Source of the DNA: an uncultured Collinsella sp.
Lineage (GTDB): Bacteria; Actinomycetota; Coriobacteriia; Coriobacteriales; Coriobacteriaceae
Length of the DNA stretch: 64,000 nucleotides
Direction: 5' to 3'
Assembly: GCA_902478545.1 (NCBI GenBank)
Contig: CABSLA010000002.1
Location: 66,037 to 130,036 of the forward strand
A program made the translations under genes and the position numbers. A model generated the notes under the pieces. The model saw nothing but the letters and a program-made list of their open reading frames with translations, searched no databases and was not told the DNA's origin. Numbering within the stretch: position 1 is the first letter of the stretch; every line of letters begins with the position of its first letter. Of this stretch, positions 1 through 9,448 are shown piece after piece.

Positions 1-1
1 G

Positions 2-721
2 ACACCCGCCGATCTGGTCATCCTCACGATCAAGACAACCGGACTCGACCAGGCGCTTAAGACTATGGAACACATCGTGGGCCCCAATACGCTCATCGCC
101 TCGCTGTGCAACGGCATCACCAGCGAGCAGAAGATTGCCGAGCGCTTTGGCTGGGAGCACACCATCCTCGGAATCTGCCAAGGCATGGACGCTGTGTTTC
201 TCAACGGCGCGCTCACCTTTACCAATGCGGGCGAGATCCGCTTTGGTGCGGCCGCCGGCACCGACCCCGCGACCGTCGCCGCCATCGACGAACTCTACAC
301 GCGCTGCGGCATCGCCCACACCGTCGAGGCAGACATCGCGCACCGCATGTGGGCCAAGCTTATGCTCAACGACGGCATCAACCAGACCTGCATGGCCTAC
401 GGCGGCACGTACGGAAGCGCCACGGAACAGGGCTCCGAGCAGCGTCGTTGCTTTGTCTCCGCCATGCGCGAGACGCTTGCGGTCGCCAACGCCGAGGGTA
501 TCGAGCTCACCGAGGCAGACCTAACGCAGATGGTGCATCTCATCGAGGGGCTCGACCCCGCCGGCATGCCCTCGATGGCGCAGGACCGCGTCGCGCAGCG
601 CAAAACAGAGGTCGAGGAGTTCGCGGGCACCGTCCGCCGCCTCGCGGCCAAGCACGATATCCAAGCGCCGCAGAACGAATGGCTCTATCAGCGCATCCGT
701 GATATCGAGGCAAGCTGGTAA
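2..721 (+). CDS. Ketopantoate reductase family protein (5' end outside window)
   Basis: Frame is open from the window start (TPADLVILTIKTTGL). It has SLCNG, MWAKLMLNDGIN, PSMAQD and RKTEVE motifs typical of PanE/ApbA. Confidence 0.8.
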   Translation, partial: TPADLVILTIKTTGLDQALKTMEHIVGPNTLIASLCNGITSEQKIAERFGWEHTILGICQGMDAVFLNGALTFTNAGEIRFGAAAGTDPATVAAIDELYTRCGIAHTVEADIAHRMWAKLMLNDGINQTCMAYGGTYGSATEQGSEQRRCFVSAMRETLAVANAEGIELTEADLTQMVHLIEGLDPAGMPSMAQDRVAQRKTEVEEFAGTVRRLAAKHDIQAPQNEWLYQRIRDIEASW

Positions 722-829
722 CGCCGCCGCACCGCATCCAACAGTCTCAATAGCAAAAACCGCCGCAAAGGGCACTCCCCTTGTGCGGTTTTCATGTTCA
801 GCCATGGCCAACAGTCATTTTCGCAACAG

Positions 830-1036
830 TTAGAGATGCGACTCCGGAACCTCGTCCTCATCATCGCGACAAAGGACAACACCGGCGCTTCCCAGCAGTG
901 TGGCCGCGATCAACGCGCCGACCACGATAGAGGCAGCCCCACAAGACCCCTGCATGCCCGCGACGAGCGCGGCCGTAGGACCAAGGCAACCAAGCGTCAA
1001 TGCAACGGCGGCAACGGCGATATCTCGAGCGTTCAC
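830..1036 (-). CDS. Small hypothetical membrane protein (68 aa, two hydrophobic stretches, acidic tail)
   Basis: GTG start with a GGAGGAAG RBS upstream and two hydrophobic segments. Confidence 0.5.
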   Translation of the reverse strand: MNARDIAVAAVALTLGCLGPTAALVAGMQGSCGAASIVVGALIAATLLGSAGVVLCRDDEDEVPESHL

Positions 1037-1222
1037 AAGACCACTTCCTCCACGAGAAAGACCTTATTTCTCATGAACTAGTGTGCCCCGCGCCCATATG
1101 CGCGACGTACCGTCACGGTAAGGGCTCTGTTAGCTCAAGCGTATACATAGAACGGGCGTCCTTACGTTGCCCTAAAGCTCGGTAAAGACGCCCGTCCGCC
1201 AAATATCCGTGATACAGAAAAA

Positions 1223-1999
1223 CTACCAACCGGTGTAGTAGTCGGTGGTTCCGGCAGCGCAGCCGGAGTCATAGACCTTGCAATCACCCTTGGAGCCCGT
1301 AAAGGTCGAGCCCTGGGCCATATCGCCCGCGGCAACAACGTAATAGCCGTCGGAATCGCGCCAGAAGCCCTCAGAATCCTGAGTCCATTCGCCCGTGCGA
1401 TAGTGATAAAGCACATTGCTGCTGTAATAGGTCTCACGGCGCCCGTTGTAGTTATTGACACCCGCAGAGCGCGTCAGGCCCGATCCGTTCGCGTAGGACG
1501 CGGCAGACGCGTAGGACGGAGTGTAACCGGCGTTGTAGTACGAAGCCTGGGCGGCCTCGGCAGCCTCCGCCTCGGCGGCAGCGGCCTCGAGCGCTTCGCG
1601 CTTGGCATTCTCAAGCGCAGTGCGCAGCTCATCGAGCTCGGTCGACTTCGCGTCGACCTCCCCCATCGTCAAAAGGCTGCCCGCACCATCGATACAACCC
1701 TGCAGCACAGCGCGCTCGTCATCGGTGGCATAGTCACCATACATGTTTAGGATAATCTGAGCGCGCATTTCAAGGGAATCGCGCTTGGCCTCCATCGAGG
1801 CGTTCCACTCCTGCATAGAGCCATAACCATCGCCGCGATAATCAACGGGCTGTACCAGCGTCGTCTCGGACGGCGTAGATCCAACCGTATCGGACAGTGT
1901 TGCGGCGTGGGCATCAGTTGCACCGGCGCCCGCCAAAAGTGCCACGGTCAGAGCGGCGGAAAGGGCAGCGGCTTTCGGTTTTCGTGAATCGATCCTCAT
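1223..1999 (-). CDS. Secreted protein with coiled-coil stalk and C-terminal 3D-like (putative peptidoglycan lytic) domain
   Basis: Signal peptide MRIDSRKPKAAALSAALTVALL...AHA, an Ala/Glu helical region, and C-terminal YVVAAGD...VYDSG...TDYY. GGAGG RBS before the ATG at 1999. Confidence 0.65.
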   Translation of the reverse strand: MRIDSRKPKAAALSAALTVALLAGAGATDAHAATLSDTVGSTPSETTLVQPVDYRGDGYGSMQEWNASMEAKRDSLEMRAQIILNMYGDYATDDERAVLQGCIDGAGSLLTMGEVDAKSTELDELRTALENAKREALEAAAAEAEAAEAAQASYYNAGYTPSYASAASYANGSGLTRSAGVNNYNGRRETYYSSNVLYHYRTGEWTQDSEGFWRDSDGYYVVAAGDMAQGSTFTGSKGDCKVYDSGCAAGTTDYYTGW

Positions 2000-2210
2000 G
2001 TAGCTGGAAACCTCCGTAGTGCGTTTTTGCTGCGTTTGAGCTGCGTGTGATTCGATCGCGCTGCATAGTACCTCGAGCAAATCGCGACCTGCGGTTTTAC
2101 TCAAAAGGCGCACGTCAATTGCGTAAAACTCACATCCTCTCAACAGGAGTTTTCCACAACTCGAATGCATAAAGCATGCCAAAAACCCTGTAATAGCGCC
2201 CTTCCTATGC

Positions 2211-2252
2211 AAAAAAGGCGCCTGCGCAACCATTGCTTGCACAGGCGCCTTG
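2211..2252 (-). terminator. Rho-independent terminator downstream of metY
   Basis: aaggcgcctg...caggcgcctt inverted repeat with a U tract on the minus strand. Confidence 0.7.
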
Positions 2253-2311
2253 AGCAGGCATTTTATGCAGTTATACCTATCGAGTCGCAAGGGGTCCTTG
2301 CACAAGTCGCC

Positions 2312-3622
2312 TTACTCGTCCAGCGCGGCGAAGGCCTGCTTCAGATCCCAAATGATGTCCTCGGCGTTCTCGGTACCGATGGAAAGACGGATCGTGGAGG
2401 GCGTGATGTTCTGCTCGGCGAGCTCCTCGGCAGAGAGCTGGGAGTGCGTGGTGGTAGCCGGGTGCACGACGAGCGACTTGACGTCGGCCACGTTGGCGAG
2501 CAGCGAGAACACCTGCAGATGATCGATGAACTTCCAAGCTGCCTCCTGGCCACCCTTAATCTCAAAGGTGAAGATCGAAGCGCCGCCGTTGGGGAAGTAC
2601 TTCTGATAGAGCTCGTGATCGGGGTGCTCAGGCAGGCTCGGGTGGTTCACCTTGGCGACATGGCTGTCACCAGCCAGGAACTCAACGACCTTCTTGGTGT
2701 TCTCGACATGGCGGTCGACGCGCAGCGACAGGGTCTCGGTGCCCTGGAGCAGGACCCAGGCGTTGAACGGGCTGATGCAGGCACCCTCGTCGCGCAGCAG
2801 GATGGCGCGGACATAGGTTGCGAAGGCGGCGGGACCGGCAGCCTCGGCAAACGAAACACCATGGTAGGAGGGGTTGGGCTCAGCGATCTGGGCGTACTTT
2901 CCGCTCGCCTTCCAATCGAAGTTACCGCCGTCGACGATCACACCGCCCAGCGAGGTGCCGTGGCCGCCGATGAACTTGGTTGCGGAGTGGACAACGATGT
3001 TGGCGCCATGCTCCAGCGGACGGAACAGATACGGGGTGCCGAAAGTGTTGTCGACGACAACCGGCAGACCGTGCTTCTTGGCGATCTCGGAGATGGCGTC
3101 GATGTTGGGGATGTCAGAGTTGGGGTTGCCGAGCGTCTCGAGATAGATGACCGTGGTGTTGTCCTTGATGGCACCCTCAACCTCTTCCAGGTTATGAGCA
3201 TCGACAAACGTGGTCTCGACGCCAAACTGGGAGAGCGTATGCTCGAGCAGGTTGTAGGAACCACCGTAGATGGTCTTCTGAGCCACCACGTGGTCACCAG
3301 CCTGGGCAAGAGCCTGCAGGGTATAGGTGATGGCAGCAGCGCCGGAGGCGACGGCAAGACCGGCCACGCCACCCTCGAGTGCGGCGATACGGTCCTCGAA
3401 GACGCCCTGGGTGGAGTTGGTCAGACGGCCGTAGATGTTACCGGCGTCGGCAAGACCAAAGCGGTCGGCGGCGTGCTGGGAGTTGCGGAACACATAGCTC
3501 GTGGTCTGGTAGATAGGCACGGCGCGGGAGTCGGATGCGGGGTCGGCGCTCTCCTGGCCAACATGAAGCTGCAGGGTATCGAAACCAAAGGTGTGCTCGG
3601 GGTTGTTGATGAACTGGCTCAT
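2312..3622 (-). CDS. metY: O-acetylhomoserine aminocarboxypropyltransferase / sulfhydrylase
   Basis: AVPIYQTTSY, YGRLTN, PLP-lysine motif HSATKFIGGHG and LANVADVKSLVVHPATTTHSQL. Confidence 0.92.
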   Translation of the reverse strand: MSQFINNPEHTFGFDTLQLHVGQESADPASDSRAVPIYQTTSYVFRNSQHAADRFGLADAGNIYGRLTNSTQGVFEDRIAALEGGVAGLAVASGAAAITYTLQALAQAGDHVVAQKTIYGGSYNLLEHTLSQFGVETTFVDAHNLEEVEGAIKDNTTVIYLETLGNPNSDIPNIDAISEIAKKHGLPVVVDNTFGTPYLFRPLEHGANIVVHSATKFIGGHGTSLGGVIVDGGNFDWKASGKYAQIAEPNPSYHGVSFAEAAGPAAFATYVRAILLRDEGACISPFNAWVLLQGTETLSLRVDRHVENTKKVVEFLAGDSHVAKVNHPSLPEHPDHELYQKYFPNGGASIFTFEIKGGQEAAWKFIDHLQVFSLLANVADVKSLVVHPATTTHSQLSAEELAEQNITPSTIRLSIGTENAEDIIWDLKQAFAALDE

Positions 3623-3684
3623 GATGATCTCCTTGATCGAACGAAAGTAAATAAATAAGAGAAGAGTAAGTCGCTGTCTCCTGA

Positions 3685-3738
3685 TCACGCCAACGGGCGC
3701 AAACAGGAGCCCGGCATTCGTCTTGGCAAGCAGTTCAT
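3685..3738 (-). CDS. Putative 17-aa leader peptide MNCLPRRMPGSCLRPLA upstream of metY
   Basis: GGAGGA RBS 6 nt before the ATG, with a TGA stop about 60 nt ahead of the metY start. Confidence 0.4.
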   Translation of the reverse strand: MNCLPRRMPGSCLRPLA

Positions 3739-3897
3739 ATGCGGTCCTCCCTTTGACATCCCGGTTCCGTGGTCGGCTTAATTACCTACCACCTTTGTGT
3801 GTTTTGAATAGTACGAGCATTGTTTCGCTTGGTCAATCACTTAAAAGCGCTAACCTGTTATCGGTTTTTTAGATAGCTATCGAAAGGACGGGCACCG

Positions 3898-4800
3898 ATG
3901 ACCCTCCAGCAGCTTCGTTTTCTGATCGCCGTGGCAGAGTCCGGCTCAATCAACGCCGCAGCTCAGCGCCTCTATACCGCTCAGTCCAACATCTCAAACG
4001 CCGTCAAAAGCCTAGAACAAGAGCTCCATCTGGAGATCTTTACGCGCTCCAGCCGCGGCGTCACGCTCACCAACGACGGCACCGAGCTTTTGGGCTATGC
4101 GCGCCAGGTCGTAGAGCAGGCCGACATGCTCGAGGCACGCTACGAGGACGGTGGCACCCCGCAAGCCCGCCTCGCCATTTCCGCCCAGCACTACGCCTTT
4201 TCGGTCGAGGCCTTTGTCAACGTAGTCGAGCGCTGCCGCGACAGCAAGTTCGAGTTCATCATGCGCGAGACCACCACATCGCAGATCATCGATGACGTCC
4301 GTGCGTTTCGCAGCGATATCGGCATTCTGTATCTGGATGACTTTAACGCCCGCGTTCTGCAGAAGGCCTTCGCCGATGCCCGCGCAAGCTTCCATCCCCT
4401 ATTCGACGCGACGGTCCACGTCTTCGTTAGCGAGCGCCACCCGCTCGCACGCCGCCCGCAACTGTCCCTTGCCGACCTCACGCCCTATACGCGCTACAGC
4501 TTTGAGCAGGGAACCTCAAACTCCTTCTATTACGCCGAGGAACCTTTTAGCTGTATCCCTTGCGACCGCAACATACGAATCTCAGACCGCGGAACACTTA
4601 CTAACTTACTTATCACGTCGAACGGTTACACCCTGTCGACCGGTGTCCTCTCCAATGAAATGCAATGGGGCATGGCATCGATCCCGCTAGCAGACGCCCC
4701 AACGATGCACGTTGGCTACATCATGCACGACGAGCGCAAGCCCTCTCTCCTCTTGCAGCAATACCTCGACGAGCTCAACCGCATCATCCATGCCAACTAA
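3898..4800 (+). CDS. LysR-family transcriptional regulator, likely of sulfur amino acid genes
   Basis: MTLQQLRF...GSINAAAQRLYTAQSNIS HTH, divergent from metY. Confidence 0.92.
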   Translation: MTLQQLRFLIAVAESGSINAAAQRLYTAQSNISNAVKSLEQELHLEIFTRSSRGVTLTNDGTELLGYARQVVEQADMLEARYEDGGTPQARLAISAQHYAFSVEAFVNVVERCRDSKFEFIMRETTTSQIIDDVRAFRSDIGILYLDDFNARVLQKAFADARASFHPLFDATVHVFVSERHPLARRPQLSLADLTPYTRYSFEQGTSNSFYYAEEPFSCIPCDRNIRISDRGTLTNLLITSNGYTLSTGVLSNEMQWGMASIPLADAPTMHVGYIMHDERKPSLLLQQYLDELNRIIHAN

Positions 4801-4899
4801 CAGTCGGAAGACGGGGTAGAAATCGTAGATTGCTGGCCCCCGGCGGGCATGGCGCTACAATGGTCACTCACATGAAATGCACTCAACGAAAGGAAGCCC

Positions 4900-5385
4900 G
4901 TGAAGGTCATCATCTACACCGACGGCTCGGCCCGATCAAATCCGGGACGCGGCGGCTACGGCGCCGTGCTCAAATACACCAACCCCGCCGGCAAGACCTT
5001 CACCTCCGAGCTTTCGCGCGGCTACGCCAAGACCACCAACAACCGCATGGAACTCATGGCGGTCATCGTGGCGCTCGAGGCGCTCAACCGCCCTTGCGAG
5101 GTCGAAGTCCATTCCGATTCGCAGTATGTCGTCAACGCCTTTAACAAGCACTGGATCGACGGCTGGAAAAAGCGCGGATGGAAAACCGCCAACAAGCAAC
5201 CCGTCAAGAACCGCGACCTGTGGGAGCGCCTACTCACCGCCAAAAGCAAGCACAAGGTTGAGTTCATCTGGGTTAAGGGTCACGCCGGTCACGAGCTCAA
5301 CGAGCGCTGCGATGAGCTCGCCACCACGGCGGCCGACGGCAGCAACCTCGATATCGACGCCGGCTTTAACGAGAGCGACCTGTAA
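4900..5385 (+). CDS. rnhA: Ribonuclease HI
   Basis: [18 protein letters not shown] and [18 protein letters not shown] motifs. Confidence 0.96.
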   Translation: MKVIIYTDGSARSNPGRGGYGAVLKYTNPAGKTFTSELSRGYAKTTNNRMELMAVIVALEALNRPCEVEVHSDSQYVVNAFNKHWIDGWKKRGWKTANKQPVKNRDLWERLLTAKSKHKVEFIWVKGHAGHELNERCDELATTAADGSNLDIDAGFNESDL

Positions 5386-5458
5386 TAGCGTTTTCGCGCA
5401 GCTTTATATCCCCACGCGCTACACTCATCCTGTAGACCAAACAACGCAAGGGGGACGT

Positions 5459-6565
5459 ATGCTGCGCATCGCGACCATCGGCACATCCATGATCACCGAC
5501 GACTTTATCCAAGTCGTCAACGCCAACGACCAAGCCGCGTTTGTGGGCACGCTTTCACGCGACGCCAATCGCGGTACTGCCTTTACCGCCGAGCGCGGTG
5601 GCGAGCGAAACTTTACGTCACTCGATGAGCTTGCGGCAGCCGTCGACGTCGACGCCGTCTATATCGGCAGCCCTAACGCACTTCACTACGAGCAGGCCCT
5701 TGCCTGCATCGCCGGTGGCAAGCACGTCATCGTCGAGAAACCCTTCTGCGCCACCGAAGCGCAGGCGCTGGAAGTCTTCCGCGCTGCCGAGGCAGCAGGT
5801 GTCGTGGCCCTCGAGGCCATGCGTCCCCTCCACGATCCCGCCTTCCACGCCATCGAGGACGCCCTGGGCGAGATCGCCCCCATCCGCCGCGCCTCATTGC
5901 GCTTTGGCAAGTATTCCTCGCGCTACAACGAGATTCTCGCGGGACGCGCCACCAATATCTTCGACTGCAATATGGCATCGGGTTCCCTCATGGACATTGG
6001 CGTCTACACCGTCGAGCCCATGGTCGAGATTTTCGGCATGCCCTCCGGCCTTACGAGCATGACTACTCTGCTCGACCCCACCACGCGACAGCTCACGCAC
6101 GGCCCCATCGACGGCTGCGGTTCCATCCTCGCCAGCTACGGCGGTGGCCGCATCTCCGTCGAGCTCGCGCACTCTAAAATTACGAATGACCTGCTGCCCT
6201 CGCAGATAGAAGGCGAGCGTGGCACTATCCAGATCGACCATCTGTCCACGCCCCGCAACGTCCGCATCGACTATCGCGGCGACGTCGTACGCGGCTCGGC
6301 GACCGAGGCACCGCGCGAACAGGACGAGAACGGCCGCGTGCTCGACCTGCCCAAATCGAGCAACACTATGGAATACGAACTCACAGACTTTATCACCGCC
6401 ATCGGCGGCATCGATAACGTTAAGGAAGAGATTTGGGAGACCCCGGCGGGACGCCACGAGCTTGGCCACTACCGCGATGTCACGCTCGTCTCACTGCGCA
6501 TCATGGATGCCGTGCGCCAGCAGGCCGGCATTACTTTCCCGGCCGACGCAGGCAAGCAGGCATAG
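5459..6565 (+). CDS. Gfo/Idh/MocA family oxidoreductase
   Basis: DAVYIGSPNALH, KHVIVEKP and GSLMDIGVY motifs. Confidence 0.88.
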   Translation: MLRIATIGTSMITDDFIQVVNANDQAAFVGTLSRDANRGTAFTAERGGERNFTSLDELAAAVDVDAVYIGSPNALHYEQALACIAGGKHVIVEKPFCATEAQALEVFRAAEAAGVVALEAMRPLHDPAFHAIEDALGEIAPIRRASLRFGKYSSRYNEILAGRATNIFDCNMASGSLMDIGVYTVEPMVEIFGMPSGLTSMTTLLDPTTRQLTHGPIDGCGSILASYGGGRISVELAHSKITNDLLPSQIEGERGTIQIDHLSTPRNVRIDYRGDVVRGSATEAPREQDENGRVLDLPKSSNTMEYELTDFITAIGGIDNVKEEIWETPAGRHELGHYRDVTLVSLRIMDAVRQQAGITFPADAGKQA

Positions 6566-6567
6566 CG

Positions 6568-6978
6568 ATGGGCCTCTTCGATACGTTCTTCTCCAGCGTC
6601 ACCGGCGGCAGTCGAGAGCCTCAAAAACCATCAAACGTCGAGCTCGAGCTGCGCCGCAGGCTTACCGTACTCGCAAGCGACGAGGCCACTCAAGACACTC
6701 CCCTGCGCTATTTCCTGCACTGGACGGGGCAAGTCCAAGGCGTTGGTTTTCGCTTTACCAACACCAACCTCGCGCAGGCACGCTCCCTCACCGGCTGGGT
6801 GCGTAACATGGAAGACGGCTCAGTCGAGATGGAGATACAGGGAGCTCCGGCAAACATCCTATCTCATCTCGAGGCGCTTCATGCCTCCTACGAGTGCATG
6901 GGAACGCGTTTTCGCCTCGTAGACGCCCAGGCCCGAGCCCCACTTGCCAATGAAGACGGTTTCAGTCCTCATTATTAG
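6568..6978 (+). CDS. Acylphosphatase family protein
   Basis: GQVQGVGFR and LTGWVRNMEDGSVE motifs. Confidence 0.85.
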   Translation: MGLFDTFFSSVTGGSREPQKPSNVELELRRRLTVLASDEATQDTPLRYFLHWTGQVQGVGFRFTNTNLAQARSLTGWVRNMEDGSVEMEIQGAPANILSHLEALHASYECMGTRFRLVDAQARAPLANEDGFSPHY

Positions 6979-7039
6979 TATTGTGTGTTAAATACGGTAT
7001 CATTTACCTACGACCGTTAATAGAAAAGAGGCGAGGCGC

Positions 7040-7420
7040 ATGGCGGTGCAAAGAAGGAATACCAGGCAGCGAAAGCTGGTTCTTGACGTCGTGCGCCAAA
7101 GTTATAACCATCCCACCGCCGACGAAATCTACAACGCCGTGCGCGAACAGGATGACAAGATCAGCCGCGGCACGGTCTACCGCAACCTCAATCTCTTGGC
7201 AGATGCCGGAGAAATCCTCTCGATCAAGACGCCGGGCGGGAGTCGCTTTGATCGCACCATCGAGCCGCACGCACATATCATCTGCACCTCGTGCAGCCGC
7301 GTCATCGACGTGCCGCTCCCCTTCGATGCCCAGCTCGACGCCGAGGCGTCCAAGCAAATCGGTTGGCACGTCACGTCGCACTACACCATCTTCGAGGGTC
7401 TCTGCCCCGACTGCCGGTAG
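7040..7420 (+). CDS. Fur-family (PerR-like) transcriptional repressor
   Basis: HPTADEIY, ISRGTVYRNL, HAHIICTSC and CPDC motifs. Confidence 0.9.
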   Translation: MAVQRRNTRQRKLVLDVVRQSYNHPTADEIYNAVREQDDKISRGTVYRNLNLLADAGEILSIKTPGGSRFDRTIEPHAHIICTSCSRVIDVPLPFDAQLDAEASKQIGWHVTSHYTIFEGLCPDCR

Positions 7421-7435
7421 ATGTTTGGGGCATGC

Positions 7436-8233
7436 CTACTCGGCAAGTAGACGACGCAGTTCTTCTTCGACCGTGCGCACGTAGCGGACGCGGTCGTTGA
7501 TGCCACGCATAGAGGGGTTGCAGCTCTCCATCAGATAGGGATGGCCCACGACGTTGAGCATGTCGCGGTCGTTTTCGTTATCGCCAAACGCCATCATCTC
7601 ATCGGGCGAAATACCCAGGGCACGACCGTAGTCGGCAAGCGCGGAGCCCTTGCCCGAACCGAAACCGATAAAGTCCGTCCATTCGGTTCCCGACGTCATC
7701 ACGTCAACACGGTCGCTAAAGAGGCGCTCGAAATACTCCAGGGCCGCCGGCTGATCCACCTCGGGCGTCTGGAAGGCGATCTTAATGACGTCCTCGTCGA
7801 TGTCCTCGGGGCGGTCGACCACCGCCACATCGCAGTGGACCTCATAGCGCAAATGGTCGACGAACGCATCGTTGCCGCTCATGGTGTAGAGGTGTCCCTC
7901 ACACGAAAGGGTCACGTCGGCATGGGGATACGCAACCACGGCATTCGCGATATCCATAGCAAGACTACGCTCCATGGAGCGCTTGACAACGGCACGCCCC
8001 TCGCTCATCACCAGGGCTCCGTTCTCGCATACATAGGCGAGCTCATCGGCCACCGGGGTAAACAGATAGCGCAAGCTCGCATATTGACGACCGCTCGCCG
8101 GCATAAACACGATACCGCGACGATGCAGTTCATCGATGAGCTCAAAGGCCTCGGAACGCGGCTCGCGCTCCCCCCGATGCAGCAACGTGCCGTCCAAATC
8201 GCATGCAATCAGCTTGATTCCCTCAAGACCCAT
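7436..8233 (-). CDS. Cof-type HAD-IIB hydrolase
   Basis: DLDGTLL, ASGR, CENGA and FGDNEND motifs. Confidence 0.9.
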   Translation of the reverse strand: MGLEGIKLIACDLDGTLLHRGEREPRSEAFELIDELHRRGIVFMPASGRQYASLRYLFTPVADELAYVCENGALVMSEGRAVVKRSMERSLAMDIANAVVAYPHADVTLSCEGHLYTMSGNDAFVDHLRYEVHCDVAVVDRPEDIDEDVIKIAFQTPEVDQPAALEYFERLFSDRVDVMTSGTEWTDFIGFGSGKGSALADYGRALGISPDEMMAFGDNENDRDMLNVVGHPYLMESCNPSMRGINDRVRYVRTVEEELRRLLAE

Positions 8234-8317
8234 ATGCTTTCCCCCCAAAGCACCTCATCAACAGTAAGACGGACTTTGAATAGCTGCCTCTCAAAGTCCG
8301 TCTTACTCATACGCACG

Positions 8318-8896
8318 TTAACCGCGCGCCTTTTTTACGATCGTAAAGTCGGGAGCCATACTCACAACGGCATCCGCCGCACTCGACGCAAAGCGCCGAT
8401 CCGCATCGAGTTCACGGGTAACCACCGAGAGCCAAACGCCCTCGACGCCCCGGAGCATGCGGCCCAAAACAGGCTGCACCGGCGTATACATGCGCACGGT
8501 ATACTCGTCCGAATCGCCTCGGAAAAGCGGCGCGTGCATATTGCCGATCTCCCAGCACGCATGCGCGAGCGCAATCGGGTCCATGCGGTCGACTTCGACC
8601 AAATAAACCTCGGCACTGCGCAGGCGCACGACAACCGCCACGGGCACCATGCCCGAACGGTCGATGGCGAGCACATCGCCATCGGCAAGGCGATCGCCAT
8701 CGGCAGCGCCCAGCCGAATATCGACCGTACGCCCCAGCTCCGTCACGCCCACAAATGTGCGGGCATCGGCCTGGTCCCAATCGAGTAGTAGCTCATCGAC
8801 CTCAAAGACACCGCCCAGCTCCCGGCGAAGCAAAAGCTCATAGGACGGGTCGTTGAGATTTCCGAGACACGCTGTCGAAACCAGATTCACAGGCAT
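8318..8896 (-). CDS. ureE: UreE-like nickel metallochaperone
   Basis: LLLDWD, LADGDVL and AHACWEIGNMHAPL (GNxH) motifs of UreE. Confidence 0.75.
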   Translation of the reverse strand: MPVNLVSTACLGNLNDPSYELLLRRELGGVFEVDELLLDWDQADARTFVGVTELGRTVDIRLGAADGDRLADGDVLAIDRSGMVPVAVVVRLRSAEVYLVEVDRMDPIALAHACWEIGNMHAPLFRGDSDEYTVRMYTPVQPVLGRMLRGVEGVWLSVVTRELDADRRFASSAADAVVSMAPDFTIVKKARG

Positions 8897-8899
8897 AGC

Positions 8900-9328
8900 C
8901 TAGTCCTCGACCTCGACGAGCTCGATATCAAAGTTGAGGTCCTTGCCGGCAAGCTCGTGGTTGGCATCGAGCGTCACGGCCTCGGGCGTTACGTCGATGA
9001 CGACGGCGGGGACGGGCATGCCGCTCGGCGTGGACAGGAAGAGCTTCATGCCCTTCTCGATCTGCTCGATGTTGGGAACCTGCTCGGCCGGGAAGGTAAT
9101 AACCATCTCGGGATTGTGCTCGCCGTAGGCATCGGCAGCAGGAATGTGCACGGTCTTCTTCTCGCCCACCTGCATGTCGACAACAGCGGCGTCGAAGCCC
9201 TTGATCATCTGACCGGCGCCGCAGGTGAACTCCAGCGGCTCGCCGCGATCGTAGGAGCTATCGAACTGCGTGCCGTCGTCGAGCGTGCCGCGATAATGAG
9301 TCTTGACCTTCTTGCCCTGGTTGGACAT
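8900..9328 (-). CDS. FKBP-type peptidyl-prolyl isomerase (SlyD-like, with insert-in-flap domain)
   Basis: HYRGTLDDGTQFDSS, AYGE and LDANHELAGKDLNFDIELV motifs. Confidence 0.9.
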   Translation of the reverse strand: MSNQGKKVKTHYRGTLDDGTQFDSSYDRGEPLEFTCGAGQMIKGFDAAVVDMQVGEKKTVHIPAADAYGEHNPEMVITFPAEQVPNIEQIEKGMKLFLSTPSGMPVPAVVIDVTPEAVTLDANHELAGKDLNFDIELVEVED

Positions 9329-9448
9329 GGTAACCTCCGTGATAAGGGCGGCGCACAACGCGGGCCGCCGTGAACATATGGCGCTAACTATACCCTAGTC
9401 ATACAATTCAATGACAGTTTGCAAAGAAACGCTGCAACCGGAGGAACC

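Noticed and set aside
2000..2305. N-terminal extension of the 1223-2305 ORF, or a c-di-AMP riboswitch in this leader
   Set aside because: The RBS and signal peptide point to a start at 1999, and I could not find ydaO-type consensus motifs.
6975..7025. Fur/PerR box upstream of the Fur-family gene
   Set aside because: The region is AT-rich with only a weak palindrome, too degenerate to call.
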